A stretch of DNA of 64,000 bases from NCBI GenBank assembly GCA_052168235.1, contig JBQLZK010000022.1, forward strand, positions 30,804-94,803, given 5' to 3'. Position 1 is the first letter of the stretch, and the number at the start of each line of letters is the position of its first letter. Source of the stretch: Thainema sp. (lineage in GTDB: Bacteria; Cyanobacteriota; Cyanobacteriia; Phormidesmidales; Phormidesmidaceae). Below are positions 62,670-64,000 of the stretch, piece after piece. A program made the position numbers and the translations under genes. Under the pieces are notes generated by a model. It did no database searches and was not told the DNA's origin. It saw nothing but the letters and a program-made list of their open reading frames with translations.

Positions 62670-63461
62670 ATGCTATCTCGTACTCCTTCTGGGCAAGTGA
62701 TTGGGTCAACAAAACCCAAAACTCATGTAGTTGATCCAACCTGTTGGCCCTCGGTTCAAGCAACTAGGCAAGCCTCAAGCCCAGCGTTAGATCAAACAGC
62801 CGGAAAACAGCAGCCGGGAGCCTATACGCTTGAAGCATTGCCAGCATTTCCCAGAACGCTGTTTGACGTCAAAAAGTACGACGGTGCTAGAGCATTAACA
62901 GCGCTCTTACTCTTGCTAGCCACAATCTACTTTTCGTTTGGATTTCTGGTTTTTTTAGTTGACCATAATCCGTGGCTAAAGGACATCTTTCACCAATCTG
63001 CGATCGCAAACATGACCGCTAAAGCAGAATGGTGGCAGGTTTGGAAGGTTGTTGGCAGAACCGCCAGCCAGATTGCATCTTACGTAGATTTAGCCTTTCG
63101 CCTATTTGTTTTTCTATGTGCCTACTGTCTAGCTTGGGCGACGTTTGATCCCAGAAATATTGAAGGCTATGTGATGGGATTCTTTAATGCCTGTCTAGGC
63201 TTAGCCTATATGATTTCACCTGTTGATGTTATTCCTGATTTCGTACCTATTGCCGGTAGTTTGGACGACACGGTCTTGGGATTTGGCGTCTTATTTCTCG
63301 GTTTATCGTCTCTTTATCGCAATAAATTGAGAGATGTAAAAACCAAGACGATTGTTGAGTTAATTGATGATGGCAATAATCAAAAAGCATTGCAGATGCT
63401 GCTAGAAGATAAGGGAATTACGATTAAGCAGACATCATCTGATTTACGGCAGCCCGAATGA
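62670..63461 (+). CDS. YkvA/DUF1232 domain membrane protein with N-terminal extension
   Basis: YMISPVDVIPDFVPIAGSLDD motif; GAGAGG RBS before ATG 62670. Confidence 0.85.
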   Translation: MLSRTPSGQVIGSTKPKTHVVDPTCWPSVQATRQASSPALDQTAGKQQPGAYTLEALPAFPRTLFDVKKYDGARALTALLLLLATIYFSFGFLVFLVDHNPWLKDIFHQSAIANMTAKAEWWQVWKVVGRTASQIASYVDLAFRLFVFLCAYCLAWATFDPRNIEGYVMGFFNACLGLAYMISPVDVIPDFVPIAGSLDDTVLGFGVLFLGLSSLYRNKLRDVKTKTIVELIDDGNNQKALQMLLEDKGITIKQTSSDLRQPE

Positions 63462-63511
63462 GTTAAATTGCACATCAACATCACACATTAATTTAGAAGT
63501 AGAGATTATCT

Positions 63512-63931
63512 ATGACAAGTTCATCCACAAATAAGCATGACTTTGAAAATTCAAATACCTCTGTCTCAAATACCATGAGCAGTCCTATTTCAGAGCAAGT
63601 AGAAAAGCTAAAAAAACTGCTTTTTGATAAGGACACGGCCAAAACGCTGGGGCAGGGACTGAGCTTAATATTTATTGTGATTCGTGAAGCTCTCGTTTTA
63701 GCGTGGCTAGCCTTTTGCTGGGCAATTGTAGCGGTTAACTGGCTGGGTCACAAAACAGTCGAGGGAGGACAATCGGCCCGCAATTTATACGTCTCGTTAC
63801 AGGAAGAAAACCAAAATCGAACGGCATCGGATATTGCGTCAGGCGCGGGTAAATCCTTAGTCGATCAGAGCAAGAATACTTTTAATCGTGTTGTCGAAAC
63901 GGCCAAGCAGCAGGTCGGCATCAATAAATAA
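63512..63931 (+). CDS. Hypothetical membrane protein
   Basis: 139-aa ORF with a central hydrophobic segment; co-oriented with the DUF1232 gene. Confidence 0.75.
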   Translation: MTSSSTNKHDFENSNTSVSNTMSSPISEQVEKLKKLLFDKDTAKTLGQGLSLIFIVIREALVLAWLAFCWAIVAVNWLGHKTVEGGQSARNLYVSLQEENQNRTASDIASGAGKSLVDQSKNTFNRVVETAKQQVGINK

Positions 63932-64000
63932 AATTTGCAGTCTAGAAGGGAGCACGTCATCCGCTGAGGAGATGAAAATATAATGGAGTGAGTGCCCTTA

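Noticed and set aside
1..64000. CRISPR arrays, tRNA/rRNA genes, transposases, prophage
   Set aside because: No regularly spaced direct repeats or recognisable RNA or mobile-element genes were seen. The palindromes are dispersed, not arrayed.

Overview
A 64-kb chromosomal segment of a beta-cyanobacterium. The assignment rests on dense HIP1 GCGATCGC sites (very often as TGCGATCGCA) and beta-carboxysome genes. Core content: the fbp-tal-zwf-opcA operon divergent from pfkA; an ABC1 kinase; hisIE; dnaK; a circularly permuted ATP-grasp/alpha-E/transglutaminase operon with an upstream NtcA-type box; ndhF4-ndhD4-cupB divergent from ccmK2-K1-L-M-N-O; and leuCD. The last ~13 kb is accessory-looking. It holds an uncharacterised cluster (GT4 glycosyltransferase, membrane protein, lipoprotein, degenerate-FHA/Cys4/Tyr-rich protein, GT-B protein), a 31-aa Norf4-like microprotein missed by the ORF track, a RelE-type toxin-antitoxin pair and a Ser/Thr kinase-CHASE2 plus DUF928 pair. 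Intergenic regions carry several families of long palindromic REP/MITE-like elements. I found no rRNA, tRNA, CRISPR array or transposase. All family assignments come from motif recognition by eye; no database searches were run.
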